NCBI GenBank assembly: GCA_030264375.1
Contig: JASCQW010000175.1
Span: forward strand, 8,801,950-8,865,949
DNA length: 64,000 nt
Source of the DNA: Carcharhinus longimanus
Lineage: Eukaryota
Reading direction: 5' to 3'
Shown here: piece after piece, positions 14,085 through 27,546 of the stretch
Numbering within the stretch: the first letter of the stretch is position 1
How the letters are laid out: every line of letters begins with the position of its first letter
Notes under the pieces: model-generated
Told to the model about the DNA's origin: nothing
The model's database searches: none
Seen by the model: only the letters and a program-made list of their open reading frames with translations
Made by a program: the position numbers and the translations under genes

Positions 14085-14186
14085 ACAGTAAAAAGTCTGA
14101 CAACACCAGGTTTAAGTCCAACTGATTTATTTGATAGTAAACTCACAAGCTTTCAGGGTTTGTCCCTTCGTCAGGTGAATGGTGAA
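14085..14186 (-). mobile_element. Short Penelope-type element carrying a minimal hammerhead ribozyme, with 13-bp TSD
   Basis: Minus strand ATTCAC-CTGACGA-AGGG-ACAAA-CCCT-GAAA-GCTT-GTGAGT; flanked by TGGTCCTGTTATC at 14072-14084 and 14187-14199. Confidence 0.75.
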
Positions 14187-14699
14187 TGGTCCTGTTATCT
14201 CAGCTCTCAAATGACAACATGATAGGGGGAGGACAAATAAAATGGTTCAAACACACCTATGTGTGCCACTGCTAACGGCTAGAAGGAGCATGATACAAAT
14301 TGCTCAGAAAGGTAACTGGTCCATTAAAGCAATTAGAACTCTAAGCCATAATGCAGTTTAATGTGAAGGCAGAGAAAACAGGAGAAAGAAAAAGAAGCAA
14401 ATTCTACACGCTGCTTTGTGGAATGCATGAGCTTGTGTTGCAGAAACTCACTTGAATAGACATCCTCTGCAAATTGAGACAAAATATTCTGCAATGAATA
14501 ACCAGATAATTTCTTTTTTTGATGTTGACTCATGGGTAAATATTGGCAATGATATCAGTGACAATTTCCTGGATCATCAATATAGTGCAACAGTATCCTT
14601 TACATTGACCTAAGCAATTTGGGCCTCAATTTAGGGTAAGATGGTACTTTCAACAATGTTACATTGTCAATACTTCAATGGCAAGTATCAGTTTTAATT

Positions 14700-16100
14700 T
14701 TTATACAGAGCCCTGGAGTTGGACTTGAACCTACTATCGAAAAGAGCCATGGGAATTGTTGCAGTGCATCTTGTAAATGATACAGACTGCTGACACTGTG
14801 TGCTAACGGTGGGGGAGTGAATATACAAGGTGATGCATGAGATGCCAAACACAGTCTGTTTTGCCCTGGATGGTGTTAAGCTTCTTGTGTTGCTGGAGCT
14901 ATATTCAACCAGACAAGGAGAGTATTCCATTGCACTCCTGACTTGTGCCTTGTAGGACATTAGACATGCTTTGGGAAGACAGGACGTGAATTACCAGCTT
15001 CTGAATTGCTCTTGTAGTCAGTTTTTAAAACTTGGCTGGCTGAGCCAAATTTTTGGTCAATAATCTCAGATAGTGGTGATGGCAGTTTAGTGATGGCAAT
15101 GGCATGGAATGTCAAGGGAAGATGGTTAGGTTTTCCCACATTGCAGGTGGCATTGTCCAGCACTTGTGGCACAAATGTTATCTGCCAATTACCAGCCCAA
15201 GTCTGAACATTGCACCTGCTACATGTGGGTATGTACTGCTTCAGACCAGAGTTGCAAATGGTGCTGAACACTGCAAACATGCCCAATTCTGACCTTAGGA
15301 GGGAAGATCACTGGTAAAGGAGCTGAAGCTGGAACACTATACCGAGGAGCTCCTGAAGTGATATCCTGCGATTGAGATGATAGACCGCCAACAACTATAA
15401 CCATCTTCCTTTGCACTAGGTATGACTCCAACCAGGGGAGATATTTCCCCGGTTCCCATTGGATTTAAACTCCATCAAGGCTCCTTGATGTCACACTTGG
15501 CCAAATGCTGCCTTGATGTCAAGGACAGTCAGTAAGTCTCACCATGCCACAAGATCAGTTCTTTTTGTCCATGTTTGGGCCGAGGCTGCAATGGAGGTGA
15601 GGAGTTGAGTGGCATTGGCAGAGCCTAATTAGCAGGTTATTGCTACTTGCTATTTCATATTGCTTTGCTGATGTTTTCAGTGGCTATCCAGTATCTTCTG
15701 CCATTTCTCAACATCACACGGAACAAGTCAAATTGGCTGAAGACTAGCATCTGTCAAGCTGTGGACCTCAAGAGAATGCGACGTCATATCATCCATGCGG
15801 CACTTCTATTTAAAATGTCTGCAAGTGCTTATCTTTTGCACTGGCATAGTGAGCCCAACAACCAATGATAATTGCACATTTATGTATGATCTCCCTTGAG
15901 TTCACTGTTGGGATGTGGCAGCACTGCAGAGCTTAGGTCTGATCTGTTAGATTTGCTTAACCTTTTTACATGCTGCTTTCACTGTCTAGCATGTGTGTAG
16001 TCTTATGTTGTGGCTTTGACATTACTAGGTATGCCTGGTGCAGCTCCTGCACAATTTATTTAAACCAAAGTTATTCCCTGGCTTGATGGTATTATAGATC
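14700..16100 (-). mobile_element. Degenerate CR1/L2-group LINE (RT-3' region)
   Basis: Broken ORF remnants ESYLVQRKMVIVVGG, NVQTWAGNWQITFVP, YKAQVRSAMEYSP; boundaries approximate. Confidence 0.75.
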
Positions 16101-17519
16101 CTTTACCTATACGTCCAAAAAAAAACACACTTCAGTTCAGTGGCCTCTAGCCGCTGAACCTAAGAACAGGACTAGGCCATTCAGCCCCTCAAAGTCCTGA
16201 CCCTAACCAGCACAACAAGCCAACAGGAATCTCACTTACTCCACCTCACCTTTAGCATGATAGGTCCCTGACCTGAGCAGCCATGAACCTTACCAACCAT
16301 GCCTGACCTTTACTGAGGTTAGTCCTTCACCTGAGTCATAATACTTTGCCGACCACACCCAGCCTTTAATGCAGCAAGGCTCTGACCCAAGTCAACTGCA
16401 CCCCTGGTGTTGGAAGTCTAGCTGATTGTCCATAAGCAAGCCTAGTCTTGTGTGTGATTTCTGAAAACCAAAATTATTTGAAATGTGGTTGTCTCTAGGA
16501 TTTTGGATACTTGACCAGTAGCGAAGTGAAGGATATGCCAGGCCAGATTGTGGTTGAATGCAATTATGTTGCTGAATACAGTCTACAACGTCTCATGGTG
16601 TTCAGTTTGGAACTGCTGGATCTCTGCTGAATCTACCCTTTTAGGTCAGTGGTAGGGTCACACTGATTTCTATAAGCGAATCATGGTTTCTTCTAGTTGA
16701 GAAGCCAACCAATTCTGTAGTTGTGTCTTGTACGAAGAAATCGTTCTCAAGGTTCTGCTAGGTTATCACTTGAGAGTCGGGTCACTGTGGAATCTCGCCA
16801 AGCTAGCTCTGGAAAACCGCTGTTACTTCAGGCCAAGATTTTATCTGCAAGAGAGTTAAGTAGCCTGAACAGTCAGAACTCTCTCTTCTTTATTTTTGTG
16901 AAGGGAGACAATCACTGCATTGTGAAGAACTGTCCCTTTCTCCCAGCATGCTGTACACAGATCTGTAAGCATATCAAAGATTACACTGCCAGCCAACGTA
17001 TGGACCTCAGCTGGAATTGCATCTATTCTGCTTTGTGCGATTTAAATTGCATTGCAGCAGTCTGCAAGAATTCAAAGCAATGCAGTAGGAAAGGCTGTAT
17101 TTAAAAGACAGTTACTGACTGGAAAGCAGAATAAATAACTCAAGAAAAGACTTGTTTGATTTGGAGTGATTTTTCTAAGAATGAGAGATCAGATCTTATG
17201 GGAAGAGAAGGCCAATTTGCTAAATAGCTTTGAAATGCAGGTTTGGAGGAGAATAGAAATGACGAGTTGGGCAGAAAGTCACAAGAGATGAGATGCTAAG
17301 AAAAGGGAAGGATGAAGGCATTAACTAAACTTTTAGGGAAAAGCAGAGACAGAGGAAACACACAGGTGAGAGAATTTATGGCAGAAGATAACATTTTCCA
17401 GGATCTTGCCATTGACTTGCCTAACAAGATAGAAACATGTGGTGTGGGTGCTGGTTGGAAGAGGGCCTTAATTTTGTCAGGTGTTTAGTGAAAAGCCTAT
17501 TTTCTTATGCACTGGCAAC

Positions 17520-18233
17520 TGTTAAGACCAGGCCAGAAACTCCAAGATGTTTTATGGGGTTAGCCTAGACAAAGTTTTACATTTGATTTGGCATGGGTGA
17601 GCATAAATTGTTTCACTTCAGGTATGATTCAAGTGACCCACTGGGAAGCTTCTATCAGAAAGTTTATTTAAAAACCGTTAAAATACAAGAATTAACATAA
17701 CTTTTATTAATAAAAAGACTTAAACATGACTGCATAATTTGTCATTCCAAGTTGAACAATTTCCCACAGACACTCTTCTCCAGTTTCAACACAAAAACAA
17801 GGATGCTCATGTGTTGCTGGATTTTCAACTTTGTAACACCCACAAACAGAAATCCAAACAAGCAGTTTCCCAAGAGGGGTATATCCTCAAACCAGCCAAT
17901 CTTCAGCGGGATAAACATAATCTTTGGCAACTTCTAAAATAGCCAGAGAAAACAAACGCCAACTTGGGGGAAGGAGAGAAACACTGCTGTCTCTCTGTTT
18001 CAAGCCATTCTGAAAAATGAAAGTAAAAACTGAAATGCTCTGAAAAGTAGCTGTCCCTAGTCACATGACATGACCTACAAATCACCCCCAATCAAGCTCT
18101 ACTTAGCAATCCCAAGAGACCGCTAAAAACAAAGAACACTGCATTAGTTCAGATTAAAAATCAACAGGATAACAAAACATCTTGCAGAGAAACACGATTA
18201 AAATAAGTTTCTTAAAAGCACAGTATCATCATA
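17520..18233 (-). mobile_element. Solo LTR-like element
   Basis: Both termini are reverse complements of the element at 20460-21217 (TGATGATACTGTGC.. at one end; ..GGTCTTAACA vs ..GGTACCCTAAC at the other). Confidence 0.55.
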
Positions 18234-18239
18234 CAATGA

Positions 18240-19380
18240 TCTGGAGCTCAGTTTCTGAATAAGCACACACACCCCATCTGCATACTGAAGCTCCAAGATT
18301 GGAATGATTTTGGTTTTGGATTGAAGGCTGCATATATTGAATCATTTTTCCCAACTGTTCTGTGGGTAATTTATTGGACATACGGTGCAGCATCGCAGTG
18401 ATGAAAATGACAGGAGTGTTGGTGCAAAGATAGCCTGTTTGACCACACTTTTCACCAAGTTAGGATCTGTCGTTTTTTTTTGAGGATCACAGCTTGCATG
18501 GCATGAAGCAGGTGGAGGAGGATGGCAACAAAATTTCAGAGGGCAGTCCAAGATACTCGGTAAATCCTCATGACAAAGTTATAAGCTTTTGAGATCGAGA
18601 AAAACTATCGACAACAGGTGTTATTGCTTTAACTTTTCTTGAATTTGCCACATTGAAGATCTTGGCTAGAATTCTCTGACCTTGCCCAGAGCTGGGATTC
18701 TCTGGTACCACTGCAGTGAATGGAGATTTGGCTGAGCGCCAAATTCTCTGTTCTTGCTGGCAGCATTAGCAGGGCATGCGAGACTGGAGAATTCTAGCCC
18801 ATGACTGAGGTGCTCTTGATGGGTGAAAAATCTCACATTCTGGAAGGAATTGTTTGCCAACTGGGAGGTGGTGGTTAAGGATGATCCTTTCAATGATTTT
18901 CTCTGTGGCAGACAGCAGGAAAACTCCTCTGTAATTACCACAATGGTACTCATCTCCACTTTCTGAATATACAGTCACAATCTCAGAATCCGAGGTGCTC
19001 TTTTATGTACTGATCTTCCCAGATGAGGGATATGATGTTGAGCAAACATGTCAGAACAATATCTCTGTCATGTTTCAGAATTTCTGCAGCAATTGTCTGC
19101 TCCAGAGGCCTTGTTGCTTTCCAGACCACGGTAGCACTGATGCAGATAGATGGGGTAGAAGAATGGAGTTGAGAACTTTCAAGCCAGATAGAATCTTGAT
19201 TGACAAGATCTTCAAAATGTTCTCGGAGACTGCCTCCCTGTTCTTGATGAGCTCTCTTCCATGCTCGATTCTTAGAAAGATGGGTCCTTGAGTATGTGGC
19301 TACAGATCATCAGTGCTGAAGAATCAGTGCACATCACTGGTATACACGGCTCGTTGGAACCCCTTGCGCTCTTTCTACCA
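18240..19380 (-). mobile_element. Degenerate RTE-clade LINE
   Basis: CGNYRGVFLLSATEKIIERIILNHHLPVGKQFLPE matches the RTE RT N-terminal motif (NYRGISLLS..GK..ARI....L....LPE). Confidence 0.7.
18663..18800. mobile_element. MITE nested in the RTE relic
   Basis: Perfect 13-bp terminal inverted repeats GGCTAGAATTCTC (18664-18676) / GAGAATTCTAGCC (18787-18799). Confidence 0.75.
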
Positions 19381-19544
19381 TCATAAAAATATCGTAGAGA
19401 CAGCAGAGAGGATGCAAAAAGAAAATTTAAAGAAAGAACGTGGGTATGCATATCAGGAAAAGATGAACAAGCTGGATTTCTTTTGTCTTGAAAGAAAAGG
19501 TTGAAGGGTGACCCGACAGAGGGTCTTAAATTATGATTTTAATG

Positions 19545-20455
19545 GGTACTGTAGAAAAGTTATGCTGTTCAGCCCATTGTGTCTGCACCAGTCAAAGACA
19601 GAAAAAACTAACCACTCATTTTAATCCCATTTTCCAGCACCTGGTCTACAGCCTTGCAGGCTATAGCACTTCAGCCTCAACCGTTTGCCACTTTACTGCC
19701 CACTCAGCCAAATAATTAATACCATTCTGGAGAAAACAGCTTTCCTCTTCACTGTCAATCACCCAACCGATTTTCGTGTCATCTTCAAATTTCCCAATCA
19801 TGCCTCCCATATTTTAATCCAAACCATTACATATATACAGTAAAGGCTCCAACACCAAACCATGTGGAATGCCAGTGGAACCTGCTTTCTATTCTCAAAA
19901 ACATCCACTGACTATACCACTTTATTTCTGTCGCTAAGCCAATTTTGGATCCAACTTTCCACTTCCTCAGTATCCTAAGCATCTCATGTCTGCCACATGG
20001 GACCTTGTCAAATGCCTTACTAAAATTCCTGTAGNNNNNNNNNNNNNNNNNNNNNNNNNNNNNNNNNNNNNNNNNNNNNNNNNNNNNNNNNNNNNNNNNN
20101 NNNNNNNTTCATCCAATTCTAAGAATTTTTACTCCTGTTCTTTGGCTTTTTCCAATGGTGCTGAATCTAATTGTATTATGGTGACTATCCCCAAAATGAT
20201 CCCCCCTGCTGCTTCAGTCACTTGCCCAGCATCAACTCCTGAGACTAAATCTAGAAATGTATCCCCTCCAGTTGGGCTTATGTGCTGACTAGAAAAATCC
20301 TCTTGAATGCAGTTCAACAATTTTGCATTCTTTCCACTGTTTGTAGTCCAAACAATATGGGGCTAGTTGAAGTGCTCAATTACTACTGCCTTTTTTTTTG
20401 CACTCAGGAATTTGCTTACATATTCGCTCTAACTCCCTATCATTGTTTGGGGATG
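19545..20455 (-). mobile_element. CR1 LINE fragments (endonuclease/RT)
   Basis: ORF remnant LNCIQEDFSSQHISPTGGDTFLDLV (CR1 endonuclease) and typical CR1 RT/3' sequence; spans an N gap. Confidence 0.7.
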
Positions 20456-20459
20456 GGGG

Positions 20460-21217
20460 TGATGATACTGTGCGTTTCAGAAAGGTGTTTTCACCGTGTT
20501 TCTTGTAAAGGGACATGTTTAAAATTCAACTGTTTTACATGATGCCCATTTGTCTGCACCAAGCAGCTAACATGCTGAGAATGCAGGCTAACAGTTGATT
20601 TTAAGCGTGGGATGTGTTAATTTTAATCTGAGTTGATACATTTTGGTTAATATTGGTTTTTCCCATGGAGTTTCAGAGTAGGGTTTTGATTAAGTTGATT
20701 GACAAAAACAAACCCGTATGAACTTGGCAGAGCTAAGCTTACAGGGAAAACACAGTTTTCTTTGATTGTCAATTTCCGCCTGGACCTGAAAGTGCCTAAA
20801 GGTGTTTTTGTGTCTCTCTCTGGAGGCGTGCTGTTTGGGGCTGTCAGATGACAGGTGTCTCTGTCTCTCCTCAGAGTGTTCAAAGGCTGTAGGACTATTA
20901 ACAAGCAGAAACATGTAAGCCTGAGAGTTTGCTTAAAAAAAAAGTTCAAGTCTGAGAGGAATATTGCTTGAATTGGAACTAATAGGTTGATTAGCAGTCA
21001 TGTTTAAGTAATTCAATTGGTAAAAATTAAAGTAATTCATTTTTTTGGTTAAACTGTATTGTTAAATGAAGTTTGTTTTGATAAAAGTTTCCCAGTGTTT
21101 CAGGAGAATCATACCTAGAGTGAAACACCTTATCCTCATACTAATGTCAAAATACAAAAACTGTTGGGGTCTAGTTGGGCTTCATGACACTTGGGGTTTC
21201 TGCTCTGGTACCCTAAC
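20460..21217 (+). mobile_element. Solo LTR-like element inserted into a CR1 relic
   Basis: Shares both termini with 17520-18233 in inverted orientation; CR1-like sequence resumes after it. Confidence 0.55.
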
Positions 21218-21499
21218 CGGGTTCAATAGTACACTCTTAATAGTGTGGCTGTCTCTTTTGTCACTTGAGGTCAACCCATTAGGCCTCATTTGATGTTTCA
21301 TTTAGTATATTATCTCTCCTCATAGATGTAACTGATTATTTACCCACCCACGCTACATCCCCAACTTTGTTATCCCCCAATATCCTGCTGAAAACACCAT
21401 AGTCAGGGATGTTGAGTTGGCATTTTTGCCCCTCTCCAAGCTAAATTACCGTTATAGCAATTATATCATGGTGCCGTGTCTGTGTCTTCAGCTCATAGG

Positions 21500-22160
21500 C
21501 TCTATAGTTGTAGACAGCGAGGATGGATGTTACAGTTTGCAGAGGGACATAGATAAGCTGCAGAGCTGGACTGAGAGGTGGCAAATGGGAGTTTAATGCG
21601 GAAAAGTGTGAGGTGATTCACTTCGGTAAGAGTAACAGGAGTACAGAATATAGGGCTAATGGAANNNNNNNNNNNNNNNNNNNNNNNNNNNNNNNNNNNN
21701 NNNNNNNNNNNNNNNNNNNNNNNNNNNNNNNNNNNNNNNNNNNNNNNNNNNNNNNNNNNNNNNNNNNNNNNNNNNNNNNNNNNNNNNNNNNNNNNNNNNN
21801 NNNNNNNNNNNNNNNNNNNNNNNNNNNNNNNNNNNNNNNNNNNNNNNNNNNNNNNNNNNNNNNNNNNNNNNNNNNNNNNNNNNNNNNNNNNNNNNNNNNN
21901 NNNNNNNNNNNNNNNNNNNNNNNNNNNNNNNNNNNNNNNNNNNNNNNNNNNNNNNNNNNNNNNNNNNNNNNNNNNNNNNNNNNNNNNNNNNNNNNNNNNN
22001 NNNNNNNNNNNNNNNNNNNNNGCGTTCAAATGGTCAGTGGATAGGCATATGGATGACATTGGAATAGTTTAGGTTAGAGGGTCATTAGATTGGTTCCAAT
22101 GGTCGGTGCAACATCGAGGGCCGAAGAGCCTGTACTGCGCTGTAATGTTCTATGTTCTAT
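21500..22160 (+). mobile_element. CR1/HER1 LINE 3' fragment (partly gap)
   Basis: GGACATAGATAAGCTGCAGAGCTGG..TTTAATGCGGAAAAGTGTGAGGTGATTCACTTCGG (FNAEKCEVIHFG) and tail GCCTGTACTGCGCTGTAATGTTCTATGTTCTAT. Confidence 0.8.
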
Positions 22161-23358
22161 ATGTTTCTGCTCTTGCGAAATAGCATAACTAGAGGTCAAA
22201 AATCCAGAAAGGAATTCAGAAGAAAATTCTTTACCCAACGGTGGTGAGAAGTAGAACTTGCCTACCACAGAGTGGTTGAAGCAAACAGATGCATTTAAGG
22301 GGAAGCTAGACAAGCATATAAGGGAGACGGAAAAGAGGGTGATGATGTTAGATTTAGGATGAGAGAAGATGGAAGAGGGAGGAGGCTCAAGAGGAGCATA
22401 AATTCAGGCATGATCTCTTTGGAGTGAATGGCCTGTTTGTGTCATAGATCCCTTTTGTATTAAGAACACAAGTGAGTCTTTAAATGCATTTCAGTATTAA
22501 AATGAAGTTGTTATATCAGTTCATCCTGCATTTACGGTGGGAATGAATGGTGTTCCATCAGCAATGTTGACATACCATCTAGTCAAGAATTAAGCCGGAA
22601 ATCATACAATATATATTCCTTTCTATGTGCATATAAATTGCTGTTATTAATTACATAATAGCTGAGAGAAGGACGGACCATCATAAACAAGATACTATGT
22701 AGCATAATTGAGTTAACTTTGTTTTCAAGTCTGTAGTTCTTTTCACGTTTCTCAAAGTTTCAGCTAGTTGGTTTCTATGCTATTGCTTCTTATGGATCTT
22801 GATCATTTATCTATAAAAACGCAGAGAAACAGAAATTGAAGAGCTCTGGAAGGCTGGTGTTTAAGATTATCTCTTTGAACTTGCTGGTTAATCAAGCAGT
22901 AAACTTTGATAGCAATATTAAGATATAAATATTCCAAACACAAGTTCATTGGCAAATTATAATTATCTTTCATAATTAGAATCCCTCAATTGATTAAAAA
23001 CTTACAAACCTACAAGACATGAACATTCAAACTCCACCCATTGACACACCAATCTTTTAAAATTTAGCATTCAAAAGCAGATGAAAATGAAAAAGGCATT
23101 CAGGGTAGAAGCTTCCAATTACAGTGCAATTTGGATAATATCTTACTAATAACTCAATGTCAATAGCAGTCATGCCAAGCACTCACGCACATTATCGTGC
23201 AAGAATGGAGCAAGGCATTGGTGCACAACAAATGCCTTTATGGTTGGAAGTCAATTTCAACAAAGCCACCAAGAGAAGGCATATACGTTGCAGAAAAGAA
23301 AAGTGGGAAAAAAAAACACTTTTCTTTAGGTCACACATCTTATATGTAGACTTATATA

Positions 23359-23673
23359 CAGTGGCATAGTGATTAGCACTGCTGCCTCACAGCGCAAGGG
23401 ACCTGGGTTCAATTCACGCCTCAGGTGACGGTCAGTGTGGAGTTTGCACATCCTCTCCATGTCAGCGTGGGTTTTCTCCAGGTGCTCAGGTTTCCTCCCA
23501 CAGTCCAGGAGGTGCAGGATAGGTCGATTGGCCATGCTAAATTGACTCTAGTGTCAGGGCATTAGCAGGGTAAATATGTGGGGTTGCAGGATTAGGGCCT
23601 GGGTGCGATTGTGGTCTGTGCAGACTCAATGGGCTGAATGGCCTTCTTCTGCACTGTAGGGTTTCTATGATTC
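23359..23673 (+). mobile_element. Near full-length tRNA-derived HE1-type V-SINE
   Basis: A box TGGCATAGTGATT, B box GGTTCAATTC, V-domain GGAGTTTGCACAT..GGTTTCCTCCCACAGTCC, LINE-derived tail CTGCACTGTAGGGTTTCTATGATTCTA. Confidence 0.85.
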
Positions 23674-25110
23674 TAGTCACTTTTCCTTCTTCAGCAGTAT
23701 GGCCATCCATAATATTCACAATTTGTGCCCATTCTGTCATCAATAAGTGATTCTGCACCAGCCATGGAAGTCGATGACAGAAATTCTTTCATTTAACAAT
23801 CAGTCAGTACACCAAAGCAACAAGTTTTCTTCACATTGCTGTTTTCTTCCATTAGTGTTACAATAAGGGCTCCTCAACATATTTGTGTTATAAACATAAC
23901 AGAATTTCTAAAAACAGATTGCGACTTGAAATTTGCTCTCCAATGTGTAATCCAAATGGGTGTGTGCTACAGGGCTCAATTATCCTTTAAGTCAGTATCT
24001 TACACCAATCATGGATTGTCACATTCCCTACATGCTCTTCAAAGATGAAAAAGAAAAACACCATTGTTGGGTCTGTTTATCCCAAGATTAAACTGTCAAA
24101 TTGCAAGAAAATTTGCACAGAATGAAAATAATGTTGCAGTTAACTAGCAGTATTTGTGTGGGCAATAGTTATCTCGAGTACGCAAAACCGTAGCGATTAT
24201 TTTTGGAAGCTTCCAAAGAGTCCCCAATGTGTTCCTATGGCAAAGGCATTCCATGAAAACCTCTCCATCGTCGTCCTCCACAGGAAACCAAGACAAAAAC
24301 TGACTGGAAGCTACAGGAAAAGCCCATTCCTTTAAACAAATTTTCTGAATTCAAGAAAAAAAAAATCAATACAAGATTAAAGATGCTATGGGTGGACAGG
24401 TCCCCATAATATTAATCGAGCTTTGATTTTAAAACATTTGAGGAGGAAAAACAGCCCTATTTTGCTCAAAATCTAAAGCTACGTACACTTGATGAGAAAT
24501 TCCTTTAAATGGTTCAGCAAAAATAATGATTTTCATTTTTTTCCCAGCTAGCAATCCTTGTCATTTGACAGGTAGGCTGTGATGAGGTCCATTTATAAAA
24601 ACTAGTAAGAGCGAAACCAGATAGGCCAAGTAGCGTTTCTTAGGGGTAAACAGACTACAGGTAGCGATTGCTTTGTATATTGTTCACCACAGACAGAGGT
24701 ATACAGTATACTATACAGCAATTTGGAGAACAATTTAGTCACAAGAAGGGAATTTTCACAGTAATTTCATTGCAGTATTAACACAAGCCTACCTGTTACA
24801 CTAACAAACTATAAGACGTTAAAGAAAAATATTGTACAGAAATATTGTTCAAGGTATGAGGGGATCTGGTTCTGTCATAATTAGTTGACAATGGCAAATG
24901 GGATTTGAGAATGTAAGTCTAAATCTTTCCTATTTGCAGCAGGACTTTAGGATGCAGATCAGACTTGGCGGTATTCACATACCAATCAGAACCCTACCAA
25001 ATATCCCAGATGAACACGTTCCACCTTCACGATGCAGGATAATGAGACCGCCGCCTGTTGCGCGGATGCAGTTTTCAATGCTATATTACACTAGGCCTGA
25101 ATGTATTTAC

Positions 25111-25171
25111 CTCACTTGCGCAGAGTAAGAATTTAACAAGTCGAATTCTACTTCTGATCTGATGGGTGCAC
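25111..25171 (-). ncRNA. Putative 61-nt exon
   Basis: Acceptor TATCTCTGGATTTAG|, donor GAG|GTAAAT; adjacent to a CpG-retaining segment (about 24960-25070) with another donor TTG|GTATGT. Confidence 0.35.
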
Positions 25172-27546
25172 CTAAATCCAGAGATAATATGGTTCAAAGC
25201 CGATCACACTCAAATTCCATCACTTGCTGAAATTGCCTGAATAGCCATAGCATTTTCAATGTCACAATACTGCAAAATTGATGAATATCTCTGTCCAACT
25301 GCAATCCTGGTTTAATTCAAATATAGTTTTAGTATTGTAGGGGATGCCATTGCTGACAGTTTTACAAGTTACATCTGTTCCACTATAATAGTAAATTTCA
25401 CTATTTATTTACTCTTCATTGAGAAATTTCTGCAAACGAACCTAGTGAAGGTGATATTTTTTGAATTGCAGCCAGTTACAAGTTGAAGTCAGTCAAAAAG
25501 GTAGTAGTTCAAATTGCAGCTGCTTTGGTTGGAGCAGAGTGCAAGAATGATTATTATACAGCTTATTACTGTTGTATGGGGAAAAAAGTAATTTAAATAG
25601 AACCACACTCTATTCCCTGCGCACCCCCAGACCATTAGTGAATTTTGCACTTTTGTCTTCACCATCATACATTACATTCTGCTTACATGCAGACATTCTC
25701 TGTAGCATCAGATGAAAGAAACAGACAAGGCCTATGGGGATTTCCTAACTCTACGCTCTTGTCTGTTGACACTGCATATTAAAATTAATGATCAAAAATA
25801 TTGAGAGACCTCACCCTGCAATTCCCTGACCTCTGTTGCTGGTACGTGAAGCTCTGTGCTGACAAAACTAATTCANNNNNNNCCAGTGTGTAATATGTTT
25901 ATCTAGTTGATATTTTCAGGTAGCTTCAAAAGGATTGTGTCTACCGTTAACTGAATTTGATATATTTTGGTGCTAGAGCGGGCAAAACAAAACACAAGAA
26001 AATCAACAGCACACTTTGAACGGAGGTGAAAAGATTTTTGACTATGGAAGCACCAAAACATAGTTACAAACTGCATTTGATCTTCCTGCGTCTTCCCCTA
26101 AAGTTTCACGTTCCTACATGGACACTTCCTCACATTCTTTTCCTTTAAGAACCATTCCTTTATAATGGGGGTCCTCATTCCCCCCCCAATAAGTTTCTCA
26201 ATTCTTCTGATTTAAGCAGATGTCACAAATTGCACCTTCTTAAATCCAAATCAGTGGAGAATAAAAAATTGATTTCAAGTTTTATTGCCTATTGCCCTTA
26301 GAGCCATTTAAATGAAGGACACTAATGATGTCATTGTGGTATTCTGAGTCTTTTACAAGAAATTTTCAAAGATCACCACCAAGATTTATTTGAAGAAAAA
26401 TATCTGTATGCATATCCCCGTGGATTGCGAACATGCAAAGTGCATGTTACTCTAATGTTACAAAATATCGCTATTTTGCTGACATTGTAAATTATTGTGC
26501 AAATTATGGAAGGCTGTCGAGTTGCATTTATGCAACCAAAGTTCAAAACAATAGCTACAAAATGTAGACGTATATTAAAAAAATACAGAGACAGTCAAAA
26601 CAGCTTCATATTGAAGTCATAGCAAGCAAGAATTGGGTGAATCTAAGGACAGACAAGAACTAGGATCAGCTACAATCTGATTAGTGTTAGATAATGAGAC
26701 TTGAAAGCAACATGGCAGATGATCAAACAAACAGTTGTATTTATATAGCACTCTTACGTCCCAAGGTGACTCATAGCAGCATTATAACAAAAAGCTAGAC
26801 ACTTGCCACAGAGATCATGCAACAGATGACAGACAGCTTGTTCAAAGCAGTAGGTTTTAAGAAGCGTGTCAAAAGAGTAGCAGAATGAAGGGATAAAGGT
26901 TTACGGAGGCAATTCCAAATGATAGCACCATGGCAGCTGATGGCACAGCCACTGATCACGAACTGATAAAAATCAAGAATGTGAAGAGACCAGAAATAAA
27001 GAAGCACAGGTAATTCTGGAAGAATTGTGGAGCTAAATAGGTCGTAGGAGCTCACGTACGTAGGGCCCACAAGGATGAGGTTTTTAAAACTGAGGCAGGA
27101 GCCAATGTAGGTCAGCAAGCAGAGAGGATATAGACAAACAAGATGGTGCAAATAAGACACCGACACAGCTTTGAACAACTCAAGTTTACAGAACTGTTGA
27201 ATTTGATTTGGGAGGGAGAAAGAAAAGTGGTCTAATTTCCACAACATTTACCACTAATTCTGTGTAGGCATTAGGTCAAGTGACCAAAATAAAATTGTCC
27301 AAGTAGCACTGAAAATGCCAAGGAACACTCAGCATTCAAAACTGAGAAAGTCAATAAATTAATGACAGGATCAGCATCACTGCTAGAACTTTGTTCATAA
27401 TCTTAATATTTTGCAAATCCAACATGGTATGTTCCGAGAACTCCCAATCAGGTAGTGCTGTGCTCTCTTTTGATTTTTTTTTTGCTCTTCAAACGAGGGT
27501 GCAAAAACCCATTGTCAAATCAAACAACTGAGATATCTAGACTCAC

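Noticed and set aside
23359-23425. tRNA-like A/B boxes here and at 33670-33736
   Set aside because: SINE heads continuing into repeat bodies; no complete cloverleaf
26795-27247. 150-aa minus-strand ORF
   Set aside because: Antisense read-through of a decayed LINE/SINE-like relic; no protein-like features
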